Under the pieces are notes generated by a model that had not been told where the DNA came from, ran no database searches, and saw only the letters and a program-made list of their open reading frames with translations. 64,000 bases of DNA from a virus (Duplodnaviria; Caudoviricetes). The translations under genes were made by a program, and so were the position numbers. Below are positions 1-10,097 of the stretch, piece by piece (position 1 is the first letter of the stretch; each line of letters begins with the position of its first letter). Location: the IMG/VR virus record IMGVR_UViG_3300028430_000741, positions 544 to 64,543 of that record; one strand, 5' to 3'.

Positions 1-30
1 TAGGAATCCTTAGTTATCTGTTAATAATAA

Positions 31-339
31 CTATTTATCCTCGAAAAGTTTAGAAATCAAAGTAATCCCCACCGCGCAAATAATAGGCAGGATTAAGTTA
101 GACGGTTCGTTGATTCTCGCTATTGGTTCACTTGTTTTTAGAGTGCGATAAAAATCTAATGGCGTTACGCTGATCTGCCCCAATTTTCCCAATTCCTGTA
201 TGACACCATCGGGATGGGTAGGAAGCTTGTAGCAAACGCACTGAGTAGCATCTCGGTTAAAAAATTCGGTTAACGGTTGTTCGATTGGTTTCATGGCTTT
301 TTTGGGTAAAATGAGATTGTACTTGTCAAAAAAATTCAC
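31..339 (-). CDS. hypothetical protein with C-terminal hydrophobic segment
   Basis: 102-aa ORF ending in LILPIICAVGITLI; co-oriented with neighbours. Confidence 0.55.
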   Translation of the reverse strand: MNFFDKYNLILPKKAMKPIEQPLTEFFNRDATQCVCYKLPTHPDGVIQELGKLGQISVTPLDFYRTLKTSEPIARINEPSNLILPIICAVGITLISKLFEDK

Positions 340-387
340 CTTTTGGAAGGATTTGATTGATAGTGTGACTTTGTGGAGTTAAGGTTT

Positions 388-416
388 AAAACGAGCCGGT
401 GAGGTTCGTTTTTTTG
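388..416. terminator. probable intrinsic terminator hairpin
   Basis: aaaacgagcc-ggtga-ggttcgtttttttt hairpin flanked by A and T runs, just past the stop of the 422..1279 gene. Confidence 0.45.
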
Positions 417-421
417 TCCGA

Positions 422-1279
422 TTAGTAGCCCGATGCGGCAAGCTGTTGATCGAACGGGAGTTTTTGAATTAACTCTTGATTTTTTTGCTTTAGCCTTGCT
501 TTTTCATCTTTTAATTTCTCGATTTCTTGCTTTTGGCCGGCGATGATGTTGTCAGTTAGAGTCGTAGACCTTCCTTTTTCGATCTGTCGTTTTAAGGCTC
601 GGTTTTCCGCTTCTAATGCGCTGTACTTTTCTTGTAATTCCCGATGCTTTTTTTGTAGTATGGTGTACTTTTCTTGTAGTTCCCGATACTCGTTTTTTTG
701 AAAATTGGGCTTAACAGGATCAGACTTAACAGAATCAGTAACAGAATCAGGCTTGACGGGATCGAAGTTGACAGAATCGGGTTTGGCCTCATCGGATTTT
801 TTCTTGGCACAATTAGCTATCTTCTTAATCTGTGCTGGTGTCGGGGTATTAGTCCCCGTCTCGGTCGTTATCTTTTGCCAGAGCGATCGAATTTCCGTGA
901 CCCGTCCAAGATTACAGGCGAGTCCCGTTTCCGATGCGTTATCGTGCGCTTCTTTTGTGGCAAAGAGAATCACGCGATCCCGATTTAATATTGGGGAAAA
1001 GGCCTTGTAAGAGTAAGTGTTAATTGGCACGCCCAAAATCATTTCGATCATTCGGGCTGAATTTTCTTCTTTGACGCGCCGGAACATATAGGGCGAAAGG
1101 TGAGCATCCGAGAATTCCTTAAATGTTTTGTAACCGATCGCTACATATCCCCCTTTCTCCTCGAATTCGTGCAAGATATGACGCAACTGATTATTGATTT
1201 GTCGAATGCCTTCAAGGCATTTGTTAATTTCCCCGACAAAGCTTTGAAAAATAGCTGATAATTCTTGAGTTTGTGTCAT
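422..1279 (-). CDS. hypothetical phage protein with repetitive linker and coiled-coil C-terminus
   Basis: 285-aa ORF; (K)PDSV/DPVK repeats and duplicated RELQEKY segment. Confidence 0.7.
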   Translation of the reverse strand: MTQTQELSAIFQSFVGEINKCLEGIRQINNQLRHILHEFEEKGGYVAIGYKTFKEFSDAHLSPYMFRRVKEENSARMIEMILGVPINTYSYKAFSPILNRDRVILFATKEAHDNASETGLACNLGRVTEIRSLWQKITTETGTNTPTPAQIKKIANCAKKKSDEAKPDSVNFDPVKPDSVTDSVKSDPVKPNFQKNEYRELQEKYTILQKKHRELQEKYSALEAENRALKRQIEKGRSTTLTDNIIAGQKQEIEKLKDEKARLKQKNQELIQKLPFDQQLAASGY

Positions 1280-1337
1280 TCAATTGTCTCCAGATTTTCG
1301 GTTTTTATGTTGGCAAATAGCGGACTATCCAGCTGAT

Positions 1338-1577
1338 TTAGAATAGTTCGGGTATATCTCTTTGGGGGTTCAATATAGCATCTCCCTTCTTTTGGAGTTT
1401 CGTATCCTGTAAACGATTGAGTCGTTCTTTTGCCATTAGCGATTCAATTCCAAATTCACTTGCGGCAATTAATAACTCAACGATGCCTTCTTTAACTTCG
1501 TTTGGAAGCGAACAAAAACGACTCCAGCGACTATGATAGTTTCTTGCAATGATCGGACAGATATTGTTTTTGGACAT
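1338..1577 (-). CDS. hypothetical protein
   Basis: 79-aa ORF directly downstream of the promoter at 1603-1631. Confidence 0.6.
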   Translation of the reverse strand: MSKNNICPIIARNYHSRWSRFCSLPNEVKEGIVELLIAASEFGIESLMAKERLNRLQDTKLQKKGDAILNPQRDIPELF

Positions 1578-1602
1578 AGGAGTATTTTGAATTCATACTT
1601 AA

Positions 1603-1631
1603 AGTTTAAAGTAAACTTCTTGAATTGTCAA
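1603..1631 (-). promoter_or_regulatory. sigma70-type promoter with CTTGA-N4-TCAAG palindrome
   Basis: minus strand TTGACA-attcaagaagtttactt(17)-TAAACT. Confidence 0.7.
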
Positions 1632-1674
1632 GCAAAATCTGTTACACTTTTATAAAAGCTTTGGGATAGACAAA

Positions 1675-2112
1675 ATGATCGACTCAACGATCGGAATAGC
1701 GGGGCAGTTCCTGTCAAATCCGACAATAAAAGCGAATGCGTCTCTCGTATTTAGCGTCGCCACGGGTGCGCCCACGATGGCAGTAGATGAGGTAGGCAAT
1801 CCGATCCTCGCTGCATCTGCTACGGCTACGGTCACGCTTGCCTGTTGGCTTCAACAGAAAAAACCTCCCTACGCCGATGTGCAGGAGGGAAGTTATCTCG
1901 ACTCCGAATATTTTGAGGGAAGGCTAGTAGACCCCAAAAACTATCCTTTCCCGGTTCCATCCACGGGGGATATTTGGGTTACGATTAACGGACGATCTGG
2001 ACTCGTTCGGCAGTTAAACGCTTTCGAGTCCCCAACGAGTCAACAATTAAACATCTCAGACAAGCTAGGACGGAGGATTAAGCTTTATGCCAGATTTGAC
2101 CAAGGCAATTAA
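1675..2112 (+). CDS. putative virion neck (head-closure-like) protein
   Basis: 145-aa ORF with DEVGNP motif, near head genes; function inferred. Confidence 0.45.
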   Translation: MIDSTIGIAGQFLSNPTIKANASLVFSVATGAPTMAVDEVGNPILAASATATVTLACWLQQKKPPYADVQEGSYLDSEYFEGRLVDPKNYPFPVPSTGDIWVTINGRSGLVRQLNAFESPTSQQLNISDKLGRRIKLYARFDQGN

Positions 2113-2377
2113 ATCTCGATTTCCCTTCTCCGAAATCGAACAATGGAAAATTAGAATTTTCTTGCCAGACAACAAAAGCGATCAAGAAGACTTTCGGCAC
2201 TACATTGATGTCAAAGCAGGAGACAAGCCGCTCGATAAAGCAGAATGGCTACTCGCTCGTTATAATGCCGTCCGTGCGGTCGGGATTCCTGTTTGCCCGT
2301 CTTTAGTTAAGCCGATCCCTGACTGGGATCAGATTGAAAATGAATTGAGATTCGTGGTTAGTCTAAATCCTTCCTAG
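2087..2377 (+). CDS. hypothetical protein
   Basis: 96-aa ORF overlapping the previous gene end. Confidence 0.55.
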   Translation: MPDLTKAIKSRFPFSEIEQWKIRIFLPDNKSDQEDFRHYIDVKAGDKPLDKAEWLLARYNAVRAVGIPVCPSLVKPIPDWDQIENELRFVVSLNPS

Positions 2378-2576
2378 AATCACCCGCTAAAAACAACCCC
2401 AAAGCAATTAGTGTTCCCTGCCAATTGTCTGAGGTAATGTAGTGAGCGAATAGCACAATCCCCGAAAATTCGGGGTGTTGGTGTGCGTAAGTAATAAAAT
2501 CACTTAAGACGTAAATAGCGGCAACTAACGAAGTTTTCCAATCTTTAAACAGCGATCGATTCAATGTCTTCATCAT
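2358..2576 (-). CDS. holin-like small membrane protein
   Basis: KDWKTS motif followed by hydrophobic segments, ending LGLFLAGD. Confidence 0.55.
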   Translation of the reverse strand: MMKTLNRSLFKDWKTSLVAAIYVLSDFITYAHQHPEFSGIVLFAHYITSDNWQGTLIALGLFLAGDSRKDLD

Positions 2577-2952
2577 AAACCCTTCTAAAAACTGGACTAT
2601 CGCTAATTGTCAAAATTACTCTATCTTCGTCCCATTTAGTGAATGTGTGATCGTATCCTTGAATAATCTTTAGATTATCCTCGACAATTATTCCTGCGTG
2701 TTTTAGCCCGTCATTAATGTATTTCGCTGCAGCAGAAGTATTGTCAGGATCGCGATTAAAATTAACAAGTTTCCATTCGTAGTGTAGCCAAACTTGACCT
2801 AGAAATTGTGGAATTTTTTGCTTTTTTGCAAGCCCTGCAATATAAAGGGTCCACTCGTTTTTGACCCTTGCACTTTTAAATTTGTTGGTTCGCGCCTTCC
2901 GAATCTGATCGTTTAGCGTAGGAGGAAGGGGACAGGTAAATACAGCGATCAT
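2545..2952 (-). CDS. rusA: RusA-like Holliday junction resolvase
   Basis: RDPDN...K...DGL...GIIVEDN catalytic pattern, 135 aa. Confidence 0.8.
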   Translation of the reverse strand: MIAVFTCPLPPTLNDQIRKARTNKFKSARVKNEWTLYIAGLAKKQKIPQFLGQVWLHYEWKLVNFNRDPDNTSAAAKYINDGLKHAGIIVEDNLKIIQGYDHTFTKWDEDRVILTISDSPVFRRVYDEDIESIAV

Positions 2953-3617
2953 AGGCTAACAGGTCTATACTTCCGAAAAACCAATAATAGATCGTTGGGA
3001 ACCGTTCCAAGTTGTCCTGATCCGTAGCTGATTTTTAATTCTTCAAACGGCAGTTCTACGCTTGTAACACCCTTGAAGCTTCCCGTATTACATACCCAGT
3101 CAAGAACCCGCCCAAAAGCGGCTTTTAGCTGTCTCACTTGTCGGGTATCTTGGGTAAAATCAATGCCAGCAGAATACTCTACGTCAGCCTCGGAAAACTC
3201 AGGAAATGGTTCACGAGTATTCCATGAGTGTCCGTATCCCCATGATCGCCCGTAAACGGTTGATAAATGAATCTGCCCGTCCACGTCGATCGTGTAGTCG
3301 TCAGGTGTTAGAACTTTCCAGTTATCGGGAGCGATCGCCCGATTAAATCCGTCTGTTACGTTTCCGAGGCGAACTTTGATGACCGGTTCAGGGTCTTCTG
3401 CAATCGGTGTACTTGGGGAGACATAGGTAAGCCTGAAGTTTTGGAATTTTAGGTTAACCCGCAGTTTTTCCCGATGTCGAACAATCTCTAGCGGGCGATC
3501 AGCCGCTCGATCTCCCTCGACAATAGTTTCGACAAAAGAAATTGCGCCTTCTAACGCTTCGTCCGTTAGGACAACGCCAGGCGCAAATAAAAAGAGGTCA
3601 TCGGGAGTGAAAATCAT
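2949..3617 (-). CDS. putative head-tail connector/adaptor
   Basis: Follows the capsid gene; VEYSAG motif and C-terminal L..FRKYR; start moved to MIFTPDD, which overlaps the stop of 3614..3838. Confidence 0.55.
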   Translation of the reverse strand: MIFTPDDLFLFAPGVVLTDEALEGAISFVETIVEGDRAADRPLEIVRHREKLRVNLKFQNFRLTYVSPSTPIAEDPEPVIKVRLGNVTDGFNRAIAPDNWKVLTPDDYTIDVDGQIHLSTVYGRSWGYGHSWNTREPFPEFSEADVEYSAGIDFTQDTRQVRQLKAAFGRVLDWVCNTGSFKGVTSVELPFEELKISYGSGQLGTVPNDLLLVFRKYRPVSL

Positions 3618-3838
3618 ACAATTTTGAGCATCGGACAATATTTCTGGTTTTCTTTTGTCCGTTGCGGGCAAAACGAGGCTCTTTCTTCGTCATTATACTG
3701 CAATCGACCACCGCAGTCGCCGCAAAGCTTTATACCTTGACTTTTCAGATTGACAAGCTGGTACTCGCTTTCGGCGGGCGGAAAATCGGGCGGGGGGATT
3801 TCGCCCGCCATTTCGGTTTTTGTTTTTGTTTCAGCCAT
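3614..3838 (-). CDS. small Cys-rich protein
   Basis: 74 aa with CGDCGG...FCP...YCP, directly after the capsid gene. Confidence 0.55.
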   Translation of the reverse strand: MAETKTKTEMAGEIPPPDFPPAESEYQLVNLKSQGIKLCGDCGGRLQYNDEERASFCPQRTKENQKYCPMLKIV

Positions 3839-3851
3839 AGTTTTTTCTTGG

Positions 3852-5753
3852 TTAGCTTAATCCAGAAAGTGCGTTGTCGGTAGTGCGGAATTTAGCCACC
3901 CGTAACTGTTGACTGGCAACTCCCGATCCAGTAGGGTCAACATCAAGGGCATCAACTCCTTCCCACGAAAGCCACGTCAAGCGAGACTCACGATCAAAGT
4001 TGGTAACGGAATCGGTGCGAACCTCTACAGGCATTGCGATTCCCCGTCCTACCGCCCCGTGTCCAAAGAAATAAGAGTCACGGAATAACGCGGTGGTAGA
4101 GGGAGTGCGAACGGTAACGTTACTCACCCCGTCTGCCCCAGCGTTGCCTACACCAAAAGCGTTAGATTCAAAAACGTGAACACCTTCGACAACTCCCATA
4201 TAGCCGTTAACCCGTGGCTCGGATTCGTCGGGAACGTAAGCCGGAAGCATGGCATTGAGAAAATCGAGAAGGTTGGCTTGGGTTGGAGCCTCCCAATCAT
4301 CATCTAAATCTTCTCTTAATTGTTTCCAAGCGGTAGGATTTAGGACTGCCATAAAGTTCCCGTCTGGCAACGGCTCCCACGGGCTACTGGATGAGTGAGC
4401 GCGGTGTCTCATCTCTCGAAGGAATTGTTGATTCATGCGGCCGTCGCCGTTCTGTAGTGCAGTTGCCGCCGTGTTAATCGTGTTGCCCTGGTTGTACCAG
4501 ATCACCGAGGTCAAATCGTAACGAGAACGGATTAGGCGATCCTCAAATTGAGCGTAGTCATAGCCAAATTTTTGATTGAGTTCCGCCGCCAATTCGTAAG
4601 CCGAAAAATACTCAACGAAGCTAACAATTCGGATCGGGTTAATTTGTGTAGAGGCACTTTCTTTACCACGTCCATACTCACGAATTTCCACATCGACTTT
4701 GGAAGTAGACATGGAATCGCTACGGGTCGTAATTGAACTGTAAGCGTTACCCGCCGATAGTTCGTAGTCAGCAAGGGAAGGTGAGGTGGAAAGGTAGTTA
4801 AATCTTCCAATTTGAATTACGTTTCCTCGCGATTTTGCAAAATCGTATCGCACCAATGGCATCATGTGAAACACGAAGCCAGGGCGATGGGTGACACGCA
4901 TGATTGCCGAAAGTGTAGGCAAAAAGCCACCGGGAAGATCGGAGATAATCGTGTTAGTTACGTTCTCTCCGGGATCGATCATCTGAATGTCGGTTCCTTT
5001 AAACAGCCCCGCTTTTTTGCCCCACGAATCTAAATCGTTTAAAACGTGCCGATAGTTTTCTTTGACATAGCGATCAAGTTCGGTTTTGTCAAAGTCCAAA
5101 ACTCGCTCTTTAGCCCCTGTAAATTTTACGGCTTTTGGGAGCGAGTCAATGTGGTGTTGTATTTCCCGAAAAGTACCAGGAAGCTTGTCGTTGTAGCCAA
5201 TCGCAATATTCGTGTTAAAGTTTACCGTTTTGAATTTCGGAGCATTGTTTTGTGTTTTCACTTCTTCATTTTCTACTTTTTTTGCTGGCTGACTAGAACC
5301 GTGGAGTTTTCCGAGGTCATTAAAGTTGTTAATAATCCGCTTGGATTCGTTGAGTTCTGTTTCGAGCGCAAATAGCTTTTCGCTAGTCTGTTTGACCGCT
5401 TCCGTGGTTTCCGCTAGAGAGGATTTAATTTCGTTTTTTTCGGCTTCTGCTTGTTGCTTTTGCGCTTCTAGTGCAGATTGTTTTTCGGCTTCGGCCGCCG
5501 CCTTGACTTCTGTAATTGCGGAACTTACAGCACTTGCGATCAGCAACTCGATCGCTTTTAAGTCGAGCGGGGCGGGGGGAGTTTCGGTTTCAGTGTTCTT
5601 GACGGGGACAACTGGGATAGCGTTTTTGATTTCGCCGCGTTCTACGGCTTTAACCTTCATCTCAAATAATTCTTTTTGATCAACGGACTGCCCATCGGAA
5701 TCTTTGACGACCACGGGAGTAATCCGTTTGATTTCTTGTAGTGTTTTAGACAT
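3852..5753 (-). CDS. major capsid protein with N-terminal scaffold/coiled-coil domain
   Basis: 633 aa; Ala/Glu/Lys coiled-coil N-terminus; C-terminal AVLNP..W..L..D, G.VEGV.VFES, FFG.GAVG typical of HK97-fold capsids; downstream of portal and protease. Confidence 0.8.
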   Translation of the reverse strand: MSKTLQEIKRITPVVVKDSDGQSVDQKELFEMKVKAVERGEIKNAIPVVPVKNTETETPPAPLDLKAIELLIASAVSSAITEVKAAAEAEKQSALEAQKQQAEAEKNEIKSSLAETTEAVKQTSEKLFALETELNESKRIINNFNDLGKLHGSSQPAKKVENEEVKTQNNAPKFKTVNFNTNIAIGYNDKLPGTFREIQHHIDSLPKAVKFTGAKERVLDFDKTELDRYVKENYRHVLNDLDSWGKKAGLFKGTDIQMIDPGENVTNTIISDLPGGFLPTLSAIMRVTHRPGFVFHMMPLVRYDFAKSRGNVIQIGRFNYLSTSPSLADYELSAGNAYSSITTRSDSMSTSKVDVEIREYGRGKESASTQINPIRIVSFVEYFSAYELAAELNQKFGYDYAQFEDRLIRSRYDLTSVIWYNQGNTINTAATALQNGDGRMNQQFLREMRHRAHSSSSPWEPLPDGNFMAVLNPTAWKQLREDLDDDWEAPTQANLLDFLNAMLPAYVPDESEPRVNGYMGVVEGVHVFESNAFGVGNAGADGVSNVTVRTPSTTALFRDSYFFGHGAVGRGIAMPVEVRTDSVTNFDRESRLTWLSWEGVDALDVDPTGSGVASQQLRVAKFRTTDNALSGLS

Positions 5754-5801
5754 AGTATTTTTTCACGATAGCTAAGAAAAATTATACTTGAAGTTTTGCT
5801 A

Positions 5802-6515
5802 TTACGCCATAACAAAAGCGGTCAGACTTTTATCGAGAATTCTGGCTTGACGGCAATTTCCAGCAAATACAAACGAGCATTCTAGAGAGTCTATCTTTCC
5901 GGTACGACGGTAGTAAGGCGTTAATAATTCTTCCTCTACCCAGCCCATCATATACGGTGGGTAATGCGGGCAGTTCTCGTCTTCGTAGGGAGTGTTACAG
6001 ATAGGGCAGTAGGATTTTCCATAAAAGTTTGCGCCGATCGAAACGTTTGCTCGCCGGCCGTAGAGAACATCCGAGGCTCCAGGGTGGGATTGCTCGACAA
6101 AAGCAAATACCAAAACCTGGTGATAGCCGTCTCGCTCGATAATAGCCCTATCTTCACTCGGATTCGGAGATTTAGAAAGAAGTTTCCGCATCCCTTCCTC
6201 GCTTACGCGGGGTAACGAGTAAAGTAGGGCATCGTAAACCATCCCAAAAGTTTTTTCGCATCGATCCCATTCGTGATCGATCATTAGGGGACAGCCAGGA
6301 TAGCTCGCTACCATCGTCGTCAAAGCTGTTTCATCCCAAGCCATAAGCGAGCCGTGAATTAGGTTATTGCTGGCCATCATCGGGAATCGTAAAAGCTCTG
6401 AGGCTTCCCACGGATCAGACCCCATCGGACAGTAGGCGTTAATTGCCGTCAGTTCCTCGGCTGTCGGCTCGCGCGTTTCTAGTAATTTTTCAAAATCCGA
6501 GTGAGTTAGTAGCAT
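5802..6515 (-). CDS. putative prohead protease
   Basis: Between MuF-like and capsid genes; DH, VSIG, CPIC..C.H.P and E.SFV motifs; start taken at MLLTHS. Confidence 0.6.
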   Translation of the reverse strand: MLLTHSDFEKLLETREPTAEELTAINAYCPMGSDPWEASELLRFPMMASNNLIHGSLMAWDETALTTMVASYPGCPLMIDHEWDRCEKTFGMVYDALLYSLPRVSEEGMRKLLSKSPNPSEDRAIIERDGYHQVLVFAFVEQSHPGASDVLYGRRANVSIGANFYGKSYCPICNTPYEDENCPHYPPYMMGWVEEELLTPYYRRTGKIDSLECSFVFAGNCRQARILDKSLTAFVMA

Positions 6516-6662
6516 GGCTATAAAAAATCCTAATAACAATTCTAGCTGTAAAACAGAAATTTATGGTAAGATAAAAGCGATAAATACAAATATAAATCAA
6601 AAATTTGTTCCAGTTGTTCTAGCATCAGTTGCGAGGTTGTCTCCTGCCTCGTTTTTTCTTGT

Positions 6663-7307
6663 CTATAGCCAACCCCAGCTTGAGCCAGCGAGGAGGTTTG
6701 TCGTCGGGCGCGTGCGAGAATTGGAAAATTTAAAATAACATCCACAATTGTCCCGACAAGAACAGCGATCCGTAGGACGGGGGAGGGTTCCAATTGGTTG
6801 CCATCCCGCCGCTTCGTACACGATGCACTCGCGGCAGGATTCGGTTTTTGTTCTAATTCGCCGCTCCCATCGGTTGACCAAAGCGTTTCCCCGGCGATTC
6901 CCCTCCTCGAAAGCTTCACGGGCTTTGGCAATGTAACGTTTTGAGCGGTTTAAGATTTGTTTTTCTGTTTGAGTTCCAAGAATAATATCCCGGCTAAACT
7001 TTCGGAGTCTAGCGTACTGTGAACGAAGGATCGACCCGATTCTGCCGTAATCGGATTGGGTCATATCTGGCTTTCCGATTCGGTATAACTGGATCGTTAA
7101 AATTTTGATTTCCTCGCTCATTCGAGATTCCCATTCTCGAACGGTGATTCGCTCGGAAAGCATATCTCGTGTAAGCCGATCAGTCCGATTAATCCTTTCG
7201 TTGATCGCTGTAGCGACAAGTTCACGAACGCGGGCGGCCGAAATAAACTTTTTAGTCCGGGTATCGTGATAGCGTCGGGTTTGGGGATTAAACGAAAAAT
7301 CGGTCAT
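6663..7307 (-). CDS. MuF/gp7-like minor head morphogenesis protein
   Basis: Basic 214-aa ORF with C..C and C.C..NC.C motifs, between portal and protease. Confidence 0.6.
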   Translation of the reverse strand: MTDFSFNPQTRRYHDTRTKKFISAARVRELVATAINERINRTDRLTRDMLSERITVREWESRMSEEIKILTIQLYRIGKPDMTQSDYGRIGSILRSQYARLRKFSRDIILGTQTEKQILNRSKRYIAKAREAFEEGNRRGNALVNRWERRIRTKTESCRECIVYEAAGWQPIGTLPRPTDRCSCRDNCGCYFKFSNSRTRPTTNLLAGSSWGWL

Positions 7308-7328
7308 CGTAAGCTAATTAAATATAGT

Positions 7329-7466
7329 TCACGCAATCCAGACATCGATTACCATTTTCGCAAACAGAAGTGCGAAAAACCATGCGGCGGCAAGGCAAGC
7401 CAGTACAAACCCGACACCTATGCCCGTTAAAACAATTGAAGATAATATTTTAAGGAGTAGCAACAT
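7329..7466 (-). CDS. small membrane protein (45 aa)
   Basis: Own translation MLLLLKILSSIVLTGIGVGFVLACLAAAWFFALLFAKMVIDVWIA; AGGAGG RBS upstream. Confidence 0.5.
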   Translation of the reverse strand: MLLLLKILSSIVLTGIGVGFVLACLAAAWFFALLFAKMVIDVWIA

Positions 7467-7503
7467 CGATTATCCTCCTAGTTAACACTGGAAAAATCGG
7501 CCA

Positions 7504-7671
7504 TCAATTTTCTATTTCTGGCTCAAGAAAGTTTTTAAAATCAGGATCGGGAGGCTTTTTTTTCCAGTCCGAGATCGCTAGATTTATGTCCTCAGAATTT
7601 ACGGTTGCTTTTGACAATAAGCGTGTTACTGGATCGAGAGCTTTTTCTTTTGGATTAAATTTACTTCGCAT
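7504..7671 (-). CDS. small hypothetical protein (55 aa)
   Basis: Own translation MRSKFNPKEKALDPVTRLLSKATV...FLEPEIEN, in the head operon. Confidence 0.5.
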   Translation of the reverse strand: MRSKFNPKEKALDPVTRLLSKATVNSEDINLAISDWKKKPPDPDFKNFLEPEIEN

Positions 7672-7791
7672 GATTCACTCAATACAAAAGTCTTCAGGAT
7701 GGACGGGACGATGGAAGGCATAGCCTTGAAAATATTCTAATCCTAAACAACTGCCTGATAATACGGGCAAACGTCTCCCTCGTATAATGCG

Positions 7792-9087
7792 TCAAGTAGT
7801 TTTTCTAGGCTTCTTTTCACTGTTTTCCTCTTGTGATTTGTTATTACTTTTTAGCGTACTTTCTTCTGCGGCGGTGTCTTCGGTTTCGTCGCCCGTCATG
7901 CCATCAATCGATTCTGACCATTTTGGCCAGAGAATACGATACTTGTTTTGGGCGTTTTCAAAATACCAATCATAGCTTTTTCTTAGCACTAGCTCCGTGT
8001 CGATCACCTGTTTAATCGCACCTGTCAGCAACTGACACCACCCGTAGCGCATCCGGGAGTAACGGCGGTCAGGCGATCTTGATAACTCTTTGGTTCCCCC
8101 CTTTGATTCGAGTCCGGGGAAAAAATATGAAGGAAAGCCTGGAATAATTAGCTTGTACCGACACTGTAAAACATTGTCAATTAATCCTGAAAGATCGGGA
8201 TTAAGGTTTGCCATTTTGCGAATGTCGTATTCTTTGCTAGTTAAAACAAAATCGGTGATTGCCCCCGATTGTCGCCGTAGCTGTATTTCTTGTTCAAATT
8301 TTCGCTTGTTTTCCTCGCTCATGCTAGGAAAAATAAACAAGGTTGGATCGCTTGCAATGTCATCGGCTTTTTTTTGGAGGTTGTCGGTTGCTCGTTTTAC
8401 GTCTGCCCACGCATCAAGAGATGTACACCAGAGGGAACGGCCATAAAGATAATTGGGAGAATGCCGGAGATGAATCAGTTTTTCTGGCTCAAAAAAATAA
8501 TCGGGATCGGAGTGCGATAAATATTTTCTCTGCTCGAATCCTAGCAGTTCGCCTTGATCGCTCTCTTTTCGGAACATCTCGAATGTAGGCAGATATAAGC
8601 TTTTGCTTACTCCAAAATCCTTGCTTTTGTTTGGGGATAGTCCCTCTCGTTCGATACCTAGCTCGATGAAGCAATCGCCTTTCCCTAATGTCCACCGCAG
8701 AGCTTTTTTAAGCGTGTCACCGCCAATCACATAGGAATCTAGTGATTGTTTCCTTTGACGTAATTCTTCGGCAATTGCGAAAACTTCGGCGTTTACTGGC
8801 GTTTCTTCGTCATCGAGCGTATCGGCAATTGACCATCCCTGATCGTCCCCGTCGTTGCTGGCGAAAGTATCGTCAGCGGCCATTTCGAGGGAATGAAAAA
8901 CTTCATAGCACCATTGGTTAAGCTCGATTAGCTCGCGGGAAATCCGTGGGTCTCGAATCGGATTTTCCTCGATTTCTAAGTCGTATCGCCGCGTCATCGA
9001 TAAAATTCCCGATGTTGCAAGCGATCGCTGTGACCCTCTCAGCGATCCGTCTTGTTTTTTGTCCTTTTTTTTCTTTCCTTTGGCCAT
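7792..9087 (-). CDS. portal protein
   Basis: 431 aa; GDCFIE and IHLRH...YGRS motifs, acidic tail, upstream of head genes. Confidence 0.8.
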   Translation of the reverse strand: MAKGKKKKDKKQDGSLRGSQRSLATSGILSMTRRYDLEIEENPIRDPRISRELIELNQWCYEVFHSLEMAADDTFASNDGDDQGWSIADTLDDEETPVNAEVFAIAEELRQRKQSLDSYVIGGDTLKKALRWTLGKGDCFIELGIEREGLSPNKSKDFGVSKSLYLPTFEMFRKESDQGELLGFEQRKYLSHSDPDYFFEPEKLIHLRHSPNYLYGRSLWCTSLDAWADVKRATDNLQKKADDIASDPTLFIFPSMSEENKRKFEQEIQLRRQSGAITDFVLTSKEYDIRKMANLNPDLSGLIDNVLQCRYKLIIPGFPSYFFPGLESKGGTKELSRSPDRRYSRMRYGWCQLLTGAIKQVIDTELVLRKSYDWYFENAQNKYRILWPKWSESIDGMTGDETEDTAAEESTLKSNNKSQEENSEKKPRKTT

Positions 9088-9171
9088 CGGGAGTTACAAT
9101 TCTTTCCCTATTCTAAAGGAAAAAGACGACTTTGTTAGCCGTCTTTCTTGAAACATCACGAAAGGAAAGTT

Positions 9172-9543
9172 TTAAAATTCTTGCCACTCTATCACTCTCT
9201 CTGGCAGATCACCGGACTCTTGCCAGATAATACTAGGCTTATCGTCGGGATCGTCATCGTCGAGAATTTCGTCGGGATCACCTTCGTTGCTAGGAACTTC
9301 GTATGGTCTCCCAAAACATTCTACAATATTACTAGAATAGCTGGGACGGTTTCTGACAGCAATCTCGACGGGAACAATTTCCGAGGGGAGTAACCAAAGG
9401 TTTTCTGGTTCGGGACACTGAAAATCTACTGATAAGTATGGCCCATCAGGAATAATTTCCACAATCCGACCTGCTCCGCGATCAATATATTCTTTAAGAA
9501 TATCTGAATTAATTTTGACAAATTCTCCTACACTAAACATCAT
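9172..9543 (-). CDS. hypothetical protein (SH3-like N-terminus)
   Basis: FSVGEFVKI...GRIVEI pattern with acidic tail. Confidence 0.6.
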   Translation of the reverse strand: MMFSVGEFVKINSDILKEYIDRGAGRIVEIIPDGPYLSVDFQCPEPENLWLLPSEIVPVEIAVRNRPSYSSNIVECFGRPYEVPSNEGDPDEILDDDDPDDKPSIIWQESGDLPERVIEWQEF

Positions 9544-9811
9544 CTTGCTCCTCTGGTTGATTTAAAATTGCTTTTTCTCTCTCGATAGATTCGGCGGTGA
9601 AAAATAGCTCATCGACAAGCCGATCCATTAAAATTTCGGCTACAGAACGGGAGATTCGTAGTTTTGCCAACGCCTCACTAATTTCAACGACATATTGATC
9701 GTTTTGAGCAAAACACTCATTTTTTGTAATCGAAACAATTAAACAGCAATTTACAAAAACCTTGTTGCCGTCAATATCTTCGATGATTAATGGTCTGTAT
9801 CCTTTGTTCAT
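9533..9811 (-). CDS. hypothetical protein
   Basis: 92-aa ORF overlapping the next gene start. Confidence 0.55.
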   Translation of the reverse strand: MNKGYRPLIIEDIDGNKVFVNCCLIVSITKNECFAQNDQYVVEISEALAKLRISRSVAEILMDRLVDELFFTAESIEREKAILNQPEEQDDV

Positions 9812-10049
9812 GGCTTTACATTGTAATAGTTTGGTTAATTGAATAGACTCGCTATCGGTGGATTTGTGAATAGCTACTCCTTTTTTGAGTCTGCAAAGAA
9901 GTGTAAGGATTCCGATATTTCCTTTAAATATCGGTTCATTTCTTTTTGTTCTGCAACTAATTCCTGAAGGAGATTAATTAGTTGATTGAGTTCAGATAAT
10001 AATTCTCTTTCGTTCATACGAAACAACTCCAAAAAACTTGATTAATTAA

Positions 10050-10078
10050 ATCATACACAAGCTTTCTGGAATTGTCAA
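10050..10078 (-). promoter_or_regulatory. sigma70-type promoter
   Basis: TTGACA-attccagaaagcttgtg(17)-TATGAT. Confidence 0.75.
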
Positions 10079-10097
10079 GTAGATTGGGAGAATAAAT

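Noticed and set aside
620-790. Tandem repeats in the 422..1279 gene as origin iterons
   Set aside because: They keep frame and are explained by peptide repeats (RELQEKY, PDSV); no AT-rich unwinding region is adjacent
5780-5800. AAACTT motif upstream of -10 boxes as a late-promoter activator site
   Set aside because: Also seen near 46820, 57470 and 61990, but spacing varies and the motif is too short in AT-rich DNA
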